Origin: Alloprevotella sp.
GTDB taxonomy: Bacteria > Bacteroidota > Bacteroidia > Bacteroidales > Bacteroidaceae
NCBI GenBank assembly: GCA_045126825.1
Contig: JBGVPF010000078.1
Coordinates: forward strand, 2,656 to 66,655
DNA: 64,000 nucleotides
Reading direction: 5' to 3'
Shown: one piece after another, positions 9,867 through 21,596 of the stretch
Layout: each line of letters opens with the position of its first letter
Position numbering within the stretch: the first letter of the stretch is position 1
Position numbers and translations under genes: made by a program
Notes under the pieces: generated by a model
Told to the model about the DNA's origin: nothing
Databases searched by the model: none
What the model saw: only the letters and a program-made list of their open reading frames with translations

Positions 9867-9948
9867 AAGAAGATTTTTGGAAGAGAAAAATTTATGAGGA
9901 AGAAATGAGAAACGCTCCACAAGCATAGGTTCCACAGAGTGTAACGAC

Positions 9949-10620
9949 CTATGCTTTCACCGCTCTCAACACCTCGCGCTTACCGCCTGGAGGACCAGGC
10001 AAACGTTCGACAATGAATCCTACTTGCTGAAGCATACGACGGACCACCCCTTTCGCACAATAAGTGGTCAGCACTCCCCCACTCGTCATCCTCTCATAAA
10101 TGCGGCGAAAGAGCGATTCACTCCATAATTCTGATTGTTTCTCTGGAGCAAAGGCATCAAAATAGACCACATCAATGGAGGTCGGCAGTTCCATATTCAA
10201 AACATCTGCACATTTCTTACAAAGGGTAAACTCAGGCTTAACACATATACATTCTTCCCAAGGCGAGGTATGAATAAACTCAAATTCTTCAGAATCACTG
10301 TACCCTAATGGTTTCACCTGATTCCACAACAAGGGATAAAGCTCCACCGTGGTGTAATGCACGTTTAATCCCTTCTCAAGAGCTGTATCCAATGTGAGAA
10401 GTGCATTCAGCCCCGTGCCAAATCCAACTTCAAACACCCGAATACACGAATGTTGCGGATGAAGTTCGGCAAAGTGTTTAAGCGCTAATCCACAATAGAT
10501 GTGGAGGGACTCCGTGCGCGCTCCCTTCACCGAATGATAATGTTCATCAAGTTCGGGAATATATAGCGTATGACTACCATCCGTAGTAACTTCAGGTAAA
10601 ATTGTTCGATTAGTATGCAT
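9949..10620 (-). CDS. mnmD: tRNA mnm5s2U34 methyltransferase MnmD
   Basis: TTDGSHTL, EHYHS, EVGFGTGLN, YFDAFAP, LPGPPGGKRE. Start trimmed to MHTNR because the upstream extension is translated repeat. Confidence 0.9.
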   Translation of the reverse strand: MHTNRTILPEVTTDGSHTLYIPELDEHYHSVKGARTESLHIYCGLALKHFAELHPQHSCIRVFEVGFGTGLNALLTLDTALEKGLNVHYTTVELYPLLWNQVKPLGYSDSEEFEFIHTSPWEECICVKPEFTLCKKCADVLNMELPTSIDVVYFDAFAPEKQSELWSESLFRRIYERMTSGGVLTTYCAKGVVRRMLQQVGFIVERLPGPPGGKREVLRAVKA

Positions 10621-10635
10621 GGAAAAAGGATTTTT

Positions 10636-10716
10636 AGAGTAAAGATAAAAGAGTAAAGACAAAAGATAAAAGATAAAAGACAAAAGAGTAAAGATAAAAG
10701 AGTAAAGATAAAAGAT
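10636..10716 (+). repeat. 7-bp tandem array (AAAGATA/AAAGAGT/AAAGACA)
   Basis: About 11 heptamers. Confidence 0.9.
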
Positions 10717-10737
10717 GCCATGCGGGACGCCACTCGT

Positions 10738-11028
10738 TTATCTCGGTGCATTACTCCGGATGGCAAGTCTGTTGACCGTTGTCCGTTGTCCGTTGACAGG
10801 CTTCGCCTTATCTCGGTGCATTACTCCGGATGGCAAGTCTGTTGACCGTTAATCCCACTTCGTGGTCTTTTCCTCCTTCGCACCTCGGCAATTCAAGTAA
10901 ACTTAAGCGAGTTTTCTTCCTTGTCACTCGGCAAAGATTAAGTAAACTTATCTTTGCACTCGCTCCTACGTCAGTTGATTGCGCTCGGTTTGGCGTCGGT
11001 TGTCCGTTGTCCGTTGACAGGCTTCGCC
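10738..11028. repeat. 70-bp tandem duplication whose second copy is interrupted by a 151-bp insert
   Basis: Copy 1 is 10738-10807. Copy 2 is 10808-10850 plus 11002-11028. Confidence 0.92.
10851..11001 (-). mobile_element. Miniature hairpin insertion element containing a nested 72-bp element (10905-10976)
   Basis: Empty site in the adjacent tandem copy; TT duplicated at both the outer and inner junctions; removing the inner unit restores a hairpin. Confidence 0.75.
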
Positions 11029-11146
11029 CTTCTTGTCTACTCGTACCTTGTTTACTTGTCAACTAAAAAAGTAATGATAAAAAAAAGACAACAGATGCGG
11101 TCAAGAATTAAAGATCTATAGCCCGGGACCTGTTGTCTGTTTTTTA

Positions 11147-12580
11147 TTATTGTTCAAGATTTACCTCTTCAAGTGTAAACTTACTGCTACCATCAAAGCA
11201 ATGCGTACAAAGTTGGCATTTAGGAAGTCCGATGCTTTCTACAAGGTCTTCAATTGTACTATATTTGAGTGTAGTCAAAGAAAGTCGGTTCGCAATCGTA
11301 TCTACCACTTTGTTGTATTCGGGAGAACCCGTCTGCACATACTTTTCAATATTCTTACTGCTCTCTCCCTCAAATTCCTGTATCAACTGACGGGTAATCA
11401 ATTCCATATCTCCCTTTGAGGAAGTAAAGTTCAAGAATGGGCAACTATAGAAAAGCGGGGGGCAAGCGATGCGCATGTGTACTTCTTTTGCACCGTCAGC
11501 CACAAGTTCCTTGGCTTTATCTTTAAGTTGTGTACCACGCACAATGCTGTCATCGCAGAACAATACACGTTTGCCGTGAAGCATTTCTTTATTGGTAATG
11601 AGCTTCATTTTCGCCACCAATGCGCGCGTATCTTGATTTCTGGGAGTAAATGAGCGTGGCCATGTGGGAGTGTACTTTGAGATGGCTCTTTTATAAGGAA
11701 TACCATGCCCTGCGGCATAACCAAATGCCATACCTACTCCAGAATCGGGAATTCCGCAACAAAAATCGGCCTCCGTATTATCGGTTTTACCCATTGCTTC
11801 ACCACACTTGAAGCGCACGTCTTCAACATTGATACCTTCGTAACATGAAGTGGGGAATCCGTAATACACCCATAGGAAAGAGCACACCTGCATGCGCTTA
11901 TTGGGGGCACGTAATTGGTCTAAACCATTAGGGCGAAGGTGCACAATTTCACCAGGACCAAGATAAGTATAAATCTTATATCCAAGATTATGGAATGCCG
12001 TAGATTCGCTTGACACCGCCATTGCTCCATCTTTCATGCCTATAACAACTGGAGTGCGTCCCCAAGAGTCACGCGCGGCAATAATACCATTCTCGGTAAG
12101 CAGAAGCAACGAGCACGAACCCTTGACTTCACGAAATACGTTTTCGATACCTTCAACAAACGTACGACCACGGATGATCAAAAGCGCAATCAGTTCGGTA
12201 GGGTTAATACGTCCAGAACTAAATTCTGAGAGGTGGTGCCCTTCGTCCAACATACGCTGCGCCAATTGCTCAAGATTGCTCACTTTCGCAACCGTAACAA
12301 TAGCGAAACGCCCCAAATGGGAGTTCATCAACATGGGTTGCGCGTCGGTGTCACTAATAACACCTATCCCAGCATTGCCGTGAAATTCATCAAGTTCAGA
12401 CTCAAAACGAGTACGGAAATAAGTGCTCTCAAGATTGTGAATCGAACGTGAAAACCCACGTTCGCTACAATATGTTGCCATACCACCTCGACGCGTACCG
12501 AGATGAGAATTATAGTCTGTTCCGTAAAACAAATCGGTGATACATTTTTGCTGACTCACCGTACCAAAAAAACCGCCCAT
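11147..12580 (-). CDS. purF: Amidophosphoribosyltransferase
   Basis: CSFLWVYYG, GIPDSG, PRPP loop FCDDSIVRGTQ, RIACPP, C-terminal LCTHCFDG; Bacteroidales form starting MGGFFG. Confidence 0.93.
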   Translation of the reverse strand: MGGFFGTVSQQKCITDLFYGTDYNSHLGTRRGGMATYCSERGFSRSIHNLESTYFRTRFESELDEFHGNAGIGVISDTDAQPMLMNSHLGRFAIVTVAKVSNLEQLAQRMLDEGHHLSEFSSGRINPTELIALLIIRGRTFVEGIENVFREVKGSCSLLLLTENGIIAARDSWGRTPVVIGMKDGAMAVSSESTAFHNLGYKIYTYLGPGEIVHLRPNGLDQLRAPNKRMQVCSFLWVYYGFPTSCYEGINVEDVRFKCGEAMGKTDNTEADFCCGIPDSGVGMAFGYAAGHGIPYKRAISKYTPTWPRSFTPRNQDTRALVAKMKLITNKEMLHGKRVLFCDDSIVRGTQLKDKAKELVADGAKEVHMRIACPPLFYSCPFLNFTSSKGDMELITRQLIQEFEGESSKNIEKYVQTGSPEYNKVVDTIANRLSLTTLKYSTIEDLVESIGLPKCQLCTHCFDGSSKFTLEEVNLEQ

Positions 12581-12612
12581 AAATTATTAGTGGAATTATG
12601 CGTATTATAAAG

Positions 12613-12620
12613 CAAAGTTA
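12613..12620 (-). promoter_or_regulatory. -7 box TAACTTTG upstream of purF
   Basis: TAnnTTTG consensus 33 nt before the start. Confidence 0.6.
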
Positions 12621-12848
12621 CATCACACATGCTTTTCTGCAAAACATCAGCACATAATTTTACCTTCGTTAATAATTTTTTTTAGAAAAATCTTCCTTGA
12701 TTGCAAAGCGGAGGAGCGAAAATAAAACGTTAAGTGGTCTTGCGTGGAAATGGTGAGTGCTACACCCTCTTGTTAACTTTCTAACTTGTAATTTGTCTAT
12801 TATAGTTTACGCTTGTTGGCTGTCTGGTTCCAGTTGAGCAAGCTCCAC

Positions 12849-13274
12849 TTAAAGTTCCACGTCAAAACTTTCACCGCTTGTGATGCCAATGATTTTTATG
12901 CGCACCTGGGTATTTGTTTTGTAACATTGATTAAATAAGTCATCCATCCCTCTGCCATTGAGCAACGATTTAAGTTCGGGCTTTAGTGTTTGGCGTTCGC
13001 TTTCCGGCAATTCATACATACTCATGAATACCTCTTCCGGCATAACATATTCAATTAAAACCCCGGATGTATCCTTTTGAATTAGTTTCAACTCACCGTC
13101 AGCAGTCATAGCGGGCAGTTTTTCGTTTAGACTCATAATAGTTTCATCAATGACGACTGTAGGTGTGGAAAGTGATTCTTCGCCCGACGTGTTTGTTTTC
13201 TGCTTGTTACATGCTGTAATAACACATAGGCAAAGACAAGCAAGAATGAATAAATTCTTATGGTAAAGTAACAT
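12849..13274 (-). CDS. Hypothetical lipoprotein
   Basis: 141-aa ORF with a hydrophobic N-terminus and lipobox-like ITAC. Confidence 0.7.
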   Translation of the reverse strand: MLLYHKNLFILACLCLCVITACNKQKTNTSGEESLSTPTVVIDETIMSLNEKLPAMTADGELKLIQKDTSGVLIEYVMPEEVFMSMYELPESERQTLKPELKSLLNGRGMDDLFNQCYKTNTQVRIKIIGITSGESFDVEL

Positions 13275-13410
13275 AATAACAATTTATAATTTAGGCAATG
13301 ATATCGTAGTTATTGGGTGACCGTCGGTTAACCTAACGGGTGATTAGGCGTTGAGGCAAGTGCTCAATACGGGGCAACAACTATATGTGTGTATGTAATT
13401 TATTATGAAT

Positions 13411-13740
13411 TATTGCTGTCCAGTAAAATTTGTCTCTTTATTCTAGAGAACACGAACCAAAGGTCGCGCAAGTCAATCCTTGCGGGGTGTTATCTTTGCT
13501 TATCGCATACGAACCAAAGGTCGCGAAAGCAATTGCACGAATACCATCCGGATGGCATTCGTGTTATTCGCCTCTGATTAAGAAATATTATCCCGCATGG
13601 AGATTCGTGTTATTCGTGAAATTCGTGTTCTCTTAAACATAGAAATTCTCGTTTTTTTCGGTTGAATATCTACGAGGGGGCTTGTATGAGTACAACTATC
13701 CATCAAACAATGAGTTATCTGTATTTACCGGACAGCAATA
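13411..13740. mobile_element. MITE-like element, copy 1 (17-bp TIRs, 9-bp target duplication)
   Basis: Left TATTGCTGTCCAGTAAA, right TTTACCGGACAGCAATA; flanked by ATTATGAAT at 13402-13410 and 13741-13749; second copy at about 56193-56575. Confidence 0.8.
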
Positions 13741-13824
13741 ATTATGAATATAATTATGGTTAACGGATAAAAGGGGGTATCCATCGTACGCCGCATTTTT
13801 TCCGTTAACCATTCATTAAATTGA

Positions 13825-14271
13825 TTATAGCAATACCTTTACAATCAACTTACGAAGCACGCCTTCCCCAATAATTGGTGCATGAGCATCTTCTGGGTAT
13901 ACAACGTAAAATTCGCCAGGTTGAACCGTGAAATAGGTTGAGGCTTGTTCATTATACAAGGCGAAATCGTTTTCGACGTCAAAGGGCGCCTCGCTGCTTC
14001 CCAATGCAGAGAGATGCTTCCACCCTACCACTTCTTTACCGCTTAAGGGGAAATGTATGTCGATATATTTTTGATGAACCTCCAGTTTTTGCGCTGCTGG
14101 TTCCACCAATTGGGCGTCGCAAACATTGATAAACAACTTATCTCCATCAAGTACAATGCGTCCTGTGGGAGCATGCAGCAAATCGTGGTTCTTGACGTAA
14201 TCAAAGACTTGCTTAAACAGCGGATGGAGCGCTTCATAGCGCTCGCTATCCGAAAGGTGTGCTAATATCAT
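13825..14271 (-). CDS. YhcH/YjgK/YiaL family protein (NanQ-like anomerase)
   Basis: LEVHQKYIDIH and PEDAHAP motifs; follows the epimerase gene. Confidence 0.88.
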   Translation of the reverse strand: MILAHLSDSERYEALHPLFKQVFDYVKNHDLLHAPTGRIVLDGDKLFINVCDAQLVEPAAQKLEVHQKYIDIHFPLSGKEVVGWKHLSALGSSEAPFDVENDFALYNEQASTYFTVQPGEFYVVYPEDAHAPIIGEGVLRKLIVKVLL

Positions 14272-14286
14272 AATGAAAAAAACTGT

Positions 14287-15462
14287 CTAACGTTTCGCAA
14301 TTTCGTCAAGGATGGTCCAACATTGGAACAAACCGCGGGGAACGTGGAAGCATCCCTTCCATTTACCGCCCTTGAGCGTGAGCAACACTTCACCCTGACG
14401 GTTGAGGTAACCAAACCATTCGGGATATTCAGCATCTGCAAAGTGCGACCATGTGTAATCATGAATGCGTTCAAACCATTCAAGGCACTTCTGGTTGCCT
14501 GTGAGTTGATAACCCTTAATCATGGTTATCAAGGTTTCGATATGCACCCACCAGAGTTTCTGGTCCCATTCCAACTGTTGCAAGGGATGACCAAGGCGGT
14601 CCATGAAGTAGAAGATGCCGCCATACTGATGGTCCCAACCATATTCTACCTCCTTCAAGGCAATGTCCACAGCCTTGTCAATAAGAGCCTGGTCGCCAAG
14701 GCGCTTACCGAGGTCCATGATGAACCACATCGCCTCAATAGCATGACCGGGGTTCAACAATCTACCGTCCATGCAGTCTACCAATTCGTTATTCACACCA
14801 AGATGCTCAACGATCAATCCTAATTCAGGGCGATAGAACACGTCCATCACTTCATGTACACACTCCTTAATCTTTTCCTCAAGGAAGGCAGGTTCCAGGA
14901 GTGGTTCAATTTCAAGTGCCACGTTACAAAGAATCATGGGCAAGGCGAAACTCTTAAGCGCACGCGCACCAGGCGACGCCTTCGACCACTTACCCTTGGG
15001 GTTATCCACCTTTGACAGCACGATGTCAAACGTTTTCTTGGCAATTTCGGCATACTCCTGATTACCTGTAGCGATTGCCAACTGACCGAAGGCGATAACG
15101 GCAAACGTGTAAGAGAAAATGTTGTAAGGCTCTACAAGGGGATGCCCCTCGCGGTCAAGCGCAAAATACCAATTAAGGTTGCCGTCATGACCGTAGGTCT
15201 TTAAGAATTCAGCACCCTGAATGGCAGCGTCAAGCCATTCCTGCTTCTTTTCTACTTTGTTATACAAGGTGGCAAACATCCACACCTCTCTGCCCTGAAG
15301 CCAAATAAACTTGTCGGTGTCAAATACCGAACCATCGCGCTCAAGGCAAGTGAAGAACCCACCAAATTCCTTATCTTGAGATTTCTCAAGCCAGAAAGGG
15401 ATAACCTTGTCAAGCAATTCTGATTTGTACTGCTCGGCAAGTTGTTGAAAATTCATACTCAT
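14287..15462 (-). CDS. nanE: N-acylglucosamine 2-epimerase (AGE family)
   Basis: WLQGREVW, NPGHAIEAMWF, QKLWWVH, KWKGCFHVPR. Start trimmed using the -7 box TACTTTTG at 15489-15496. Confidence 0.92.
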   Translation of the reverse strand: MSMNFQQLAEQYKSELLDKVIPFWLEKSQDKEFGGFFTCLERDGSVFDTDKFIWLQGREVWMFATLYNKVEKKQEWLDAAIQGAEFLKTYGHDGNLNWYFALDREGHPLVEPYNIFSYTFAVIAFGQLAIATGNQEYAEIAKKTFDIVLSKVDNPKGKWSKASPGARALKSFALPMILCNVALEIEPLLEPAFLEEKIKECVHEVMDVFYRPELGLIVEHLGVNNELVDCMDGRLLNPGHAIEAMWFIMDLGKRLGDQALIDKAVDIALKEVEYGWDHQYGGIFYFMDRLGHPLQQLEWDQKLWWVHIETLITMIKGYQLTGNQKCLEWFERIHDYTWSHFADAEYPEWFGYLNRQGEVLLTLKGGKWKGCFHVPRGLFQCWTILDEIAKR

Positions 15463-15572
15463 TGTTGCTATAATTAGAGGTTTTGTTGCAAAAGTAAAAC
15501 ATTCTTGTGAAACGCAACATAAACTTTTTAAGATTTTTATAGAATAAGTTTTTGATATTCTAAAAACATTAA

Positions 15573-15608
15573 GAGAGAGCACCCCGACTGCAGTCGAGGT
15601 GCTCTCTC
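15573..15608. terminator. Hairpin after the phosphodiesterase gene
   Basis: GAGAGCACCCCGACTG/CAGTCGAGGTGCTCTC palindrome. Confidence 0.55.
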
Positions 15609-15636
15609 TACGATCTATGCCCACTCAGTTTCGGGT

Positions 15637-16152
15637 TTACGTCAATTTTACAAGTTTTACTTTTCCTTGTTCGTACACAGCGAAGGTGGGTGGATTTCCC
15701 TCTTTGGGGAATGTTACGGAACCCGTGTTGCAGATGATGCGTCCCTTTGCGTCTTTATAGAGTTGCTGGATGTGGGTGTGCCCATAAAAGAGGGCATCGA
15801 AGTGCAGGGGGAACATATTTTCGGGATTGTATTTGTGTCCGTGTGTGAGCAGGAGGCGCTTGCCTTCGTCGGTAACTAATGTGTAGTCGGACATCATCGG
15901 GAATTGAAGCAGCATTTGGTCAACTTCGCTATCGCAATTACCACGAATGGCGACGATGTGCGAAGCATATTCATTTAACCTTTTGGCAACTTCCGCAGGG
16001 TTATGCCCTTCGGGAATGCCGTTTCGAGGACCAAAATTCAGTATATCCCCCAGAAGGAGAAGCATGTCGCAATGCTCGCGTTCGTAATATGCCAAGACTT
16101 TATTCAGGGCGGTTAGCGAACCGTGTATGTCGGAAACGATGAGGTATTTCAT
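15637..16152 (-). CDS. yfcE: YfcE-type metallophosphodiesterase
   Basis: SDIHGS, LGD, RGNCD, HGH, GHTH motifs. Start trimmed to MKYLIV. Confidence 0.9.
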   Translation of the reverse strand: MKYLIVSDIHGSLTALNKVLAYYEREHCDMLLLLGDILNFGPRNGIPEGHNPAEVAKRLNEYASHIVAIRGNCDSEVDQMLLQFPMMSDYTLVTDEGKRLLLTHGHKYNPENMFPLHFDALFYGHTHIQQLYKDAKGRIICNTGSVTFPKEGNPPTFAVYEQGKVKLVKLT

Positions 16153-16164
16153 GGGAAAGGAGTG

Positions 16165-16346
16165 AGTAGGTTGTAAGTAGTAAGTGGTAGGTTGTAAGTA
16201 GTAAGTAGTAGTGAGGAGTGGGTTGCGGGTGGATACAGTTGAGAGATTAGAGTTGAGAGTGTAGAGAAAAGGTCGCACCCTCCCACCCCGCAAGGACTAC
16301 TACCTCCTCACTCCTCTCTCCTCACTAAAGATAGCTACCTACTACT
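16165..16346. repeat. Opposed degenerate 7-bp arrays (GTAAGTA/GTAGGTT versus ACTACTAC/CTCCTCA)
   Basis: Tandem units at about 16165-16220 and complementary-type units at about 16296-16346. Confidence 0.7.
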
Positions 16347-18562
16347 TATTTCAACTGTTCTACGAAGAAGTTTGAAATGCGTGTAAAGAGGTGGTAGCGC
16401 GTAGCACCTCCGTTTATGAAGTGATTACGGTTGGTATAGATTTGCATGTCAAATTGCTTTTCGTTTTGTACGTAAGCTTCAGCCACTTCGGTGCAGTTGC
16501 GATAGTGTACGTTATCGTCAGCAGTGCCATGGATAAGGAGGAGGTTACCACTCAGTTGGGCGGCGCGCTGGATGGGGTTGATGGCATAGCCGTCTGCATT
16601 TTCAGCGGGGGTGCGCATGTAGCGCTCTGTATAAACGGTGTCGTAATATTTCCAGTTTGAAGGTGCTGCAACTGCCACCCCCGCCTTAAACACGGGGCGA
16701 CCTTCCGACATCGACATAAGCGTATTGAAACCTCCGAAACTCCATCCCCAGATGCCTATATTTTGAGCGTCTACATATGGGAGCGACGAGAGGTAGATGG
16801 CGGTTTCAACCTGGTCGCGTGACTCAAGGTAACCCAAGCGCAGATAGGTGCATTTTTCAAATTCAGAACCGCGTGCGCCCGTTCCTCTGCCGTCTACACA
16901 TACGAATATAAATCCCTGTTCAGCCATATAACTTTCATATAAAGCACCGCCATACATGCCAAGTCCCCAAGCGTCTTTTACTTCTTGAGAACCAGGTCCG
17001 GAATATTGGTACATAATGACGGGATACTTCTGGGCGGGATTGAAATTTCTGGGTTTTACCATCCAGCCGTTCAGACTTACGCCATCTCCCGTGGTGAAGG
17101 TGAAAAACTCAACCTTACCGCTTACGGCATTAACCCTTTCGCGGAGGGGAGCGTTGTCTAAAAGGGTGGTCAATGTCTTTCCGCTTTCGTCACACAGGGT
17201 TGTTATGGGAGGCACCCCAGCGGCGGAATATACGTTCATGTAATACTTAAATCCCTTTGAGAAGGTGGCGGCATTCGTTCCTGCAGAGGTAGAAAGTTTG
17301 CGCGTTTTACCCTTCTTGTCGGTCACGTAGACGGCGCGTCGGAGCGGACTTTCTTCAGCTGATGCGTAGTAGCACTTTCCGGTTTGGGGGTTATATCCAT
17401 AAAAGTCCGTTACGTCAAATTCTCCGCGTGTAACCTGTCTTTGCAGTTGACCATTGAGGTTGTAGAGGTAAATGTGTCGGAAGTTCGTACGGTCGGAAAC
17501 CATTGCAAAACCTCCCTCAAAGAAGCGCAATGCGGCATAGGCATCTTCCTTGATATACTTACCCTCGGCGTTGGCCTCTTGAAGGACTAATTTGCACACC
17601 GTCGAGCGGGGGTTTGCCATGTAGATATTCATGACGCTCTGATGGCGATTGAGGGTTACAATTGCCAACTTTTCGGCGTCGCTGGTAAACTTAATTCGAG
17701 GTATGTAATCTTCTGCTGAAATGGGGAGTTGCATTTCGTTGGTGCGTCGGCTCTGGATGTCGAATGTGAGCACTTTCACCTCTGAATTCTTGGCACCCGC
17801 TACGGGGTACTTGTAGGCATACGCTCCGGGATAATCCGCATAATCGGTGTAGGCGGGTTTTGCCCCCTGGTACATGGTCATGCTGTAAACGGGCACCTTG
17901 CTTTCGTCGTATCTTACCCATGCCAGCATCTTGCTGTCGGCAGAGAAGTCAAAGGAGCGGTTGGTAGAAAACTCTTCTTCATTCACCCAGTCGGGGATGC
18001 CGTTGAGCACTTCGTTGAACTTGCCGTCCTTTGTCACCTGACTTTCTGAATTGCCAAACAGGAGTTTCACCAAAAAGAGGTTATTCTCTCTCACAAAGGC
18101 AATCATCCTGCCGTCGGGCGAAAACAGGGGCACCTGCTGGGGACCGCCCTTAGAGAGGGGTTCGTAGGTCTTGTTTTCTACGCTATAGATGTAGTGCACC
18201 GCTGTATAGGAATGGCGGTAGATGGATTTCGTCTGTGTGCGCAAAAGGATGGTCGATTCGTCGGGCGACATCACATAACCATCAATGCTCTTCAGTTTCG
18301 CGTCACCACGTGCGTCATCTACGTTGAACACGACGCCCACCTCCTTGCCCGTCTTGAAGGACCGGCGAATGATGCGCTTATGGTCGGGCGAAAGTTGCGT
18401 GTAGGTCTCGCCGTCGTTCATGGGGTTAACGCCGTAGATGTATTGTGGAGAATAGACTCCGTTTGTGATGTCTCGAAGGTTGAGCCCTTCCGACGATTCA
18501 GCCGTAGCGGTGGCGCACGTGAGCATCATCAACGCCGAGATAAAGAAAGACTTGATTTTCAT
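16346..18562 (-). CDS. dpp4: Dipeptidyl peptidase IV (S9B)
   Basis: Signal peptide, DWVNEEE, GWSFGG, HGTADDNVH. Confidence 0.93.
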   Translation of the reverse strand: MKIKSFFISALMMLTCATATAESSEGLNLRDITNGVYSPQYIYGVNPMNDGETYTQLSPDHKRIIRRSFKTGKEVGVVFNVDDARGDAKLKSIDGYVMSPDESTILLRTQTKSIYRHSYTAVHYIYSVENKTYEPLSKGGPQQVPLFSPDGRMIAFVRENNLFLVKLLFGNSESQVTKDGKFNEVLNGIPDWVNEEEFSTNRSFDFSADSKMLAWVRYDESKVPVYSMTMYQGAKPAYTDYADYPGAYAYKYPVAGAKNSEVKVLTFDIQSRRTNEMQLPISAEDYIPRIKFTSDAEKLAIVTLNRHQSVMNIYMANPRSTVCKLVLQEANAEGKYIKEDAYAALRFFEGGFAMVSDRTNFRHIYLYNLNGQLQRQVTRGEFDVTDFYGYNPQTGKCYYASAEESPLRRAVYVTDKKGKTRKLSTSAGTNAATFSKGFKYYMNVYSAAGVPPITTLCDESGKTLTTLLDNAPLRERVNAVSGKVEFFTFTTGDGVSLNGWMVKPRNFNPAQKYPVIMYQYSGPGSQEVKDAWGLGMYGGALYESYMAEQGFIFVCVDGRGTGARGSEFEKCTYLRLGYLESRDQVETAIYLSSLPYVDAQNIGIWGWSFGGFNTLMSMSEGRPVFKAGVAVAAPSNWKYYDTVYTERYMRTPAENADGYAINPIQRAAQLSGNLLLIHGTADDNVHYRNCTEVAEAYVQNEKQFDMQIYTNRNHFINGGATRYHLFTRISNFFVEQLK

Positions 18563-18589
18563 AGTGAGGTATAGAATGAATAGTAGGGG

Positions 18590-20785
<2,196 letters not shown>

Positions 20786-21343
20786 AGGCGTTTTTTTATA
20801 AACAAATCAAGGCAGCCCCTGATGTGTTTCCGAACAGTAGTATATTATTATCGTTGCAAATTTACAAAAATATCTTTATGCGACACTATTTTAGCATACA
20901 AGATGGAGGGGGCAGAATGCGAGACGTCATAAAACTGTACGGCCAAGTATGCTCCGAACAGCAAGCGAATTCGATTAAATTATTCAACCTTCCTGTCGTC
21001 CATTTACCCGCCATAAATATTGACATGGTAGAGTCTTTATTTCAGAAGGAAGAAGAGAAGACTGTTGCGTGTGGGGCGTGTGATTGCCTGGGGCTTATCA
21101 GTTCGATTGCTCTCCGATTAGATCTTTTGAATGCTTTAACACACTGAAAATAACTTGTTAAAACTACTTCGTATTAACAAAGGTAAAGCTCTATATTGCT
21201 TAATTACGACCTAAATTAGTGCGCAAACTGTGTCTACACATGTTCTTTTAGGATATATGAGACAATATTAAAAGGTTACAATATAGCAGCTGACTCAAAT
21301 TATAGTTTAAAGAGACTTACGTCTAAGAATTTAACTATCCAAA

Positions 21344-21360
21344 GTCCTCCTACGGGGGAC
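21344..21360. repeat. Solo REP-like palindrome GTCCTCCTACGGGGGAC
   Basis: Near reverse complement of GTCCCCGTAGGAGGAC in the 55839-56133 element. Confidence 0.6.
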
Positions 21361-21596
21361 AATGTATGCATAAATTTCAGATGCCTCAACTACCTATATT
21401 ATTGCCTATAAAATACTTCATTTATGAAAATACATATTTCCTAACCAACTTTAAAACTCCACACCTTACTCCCCAAAAATCTCCCCTTTCGCCAGTCCCA
21501 TCCCATCCCGCTTCACTTTATCTGCGAAACGCCAAAAGCAAAGGGGGTGAGGTATTTGTGAATACCCCACTCCCCTGGTGCGTGTGTGCTGTATGT

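Noticed and set aside
12581-12848. Possible purine-related riboswitch before purF or guaB
   Set aside because: The -7 boxes lie close to the start codons, leaving short leaders with no recognisable aptamer.
20824-21147. 107-aa plus-strand ORF upstream of glnA
   Set aside because: No recognisable motif and it overlaps the glnA promoter; cannot be supported, though not excluded.
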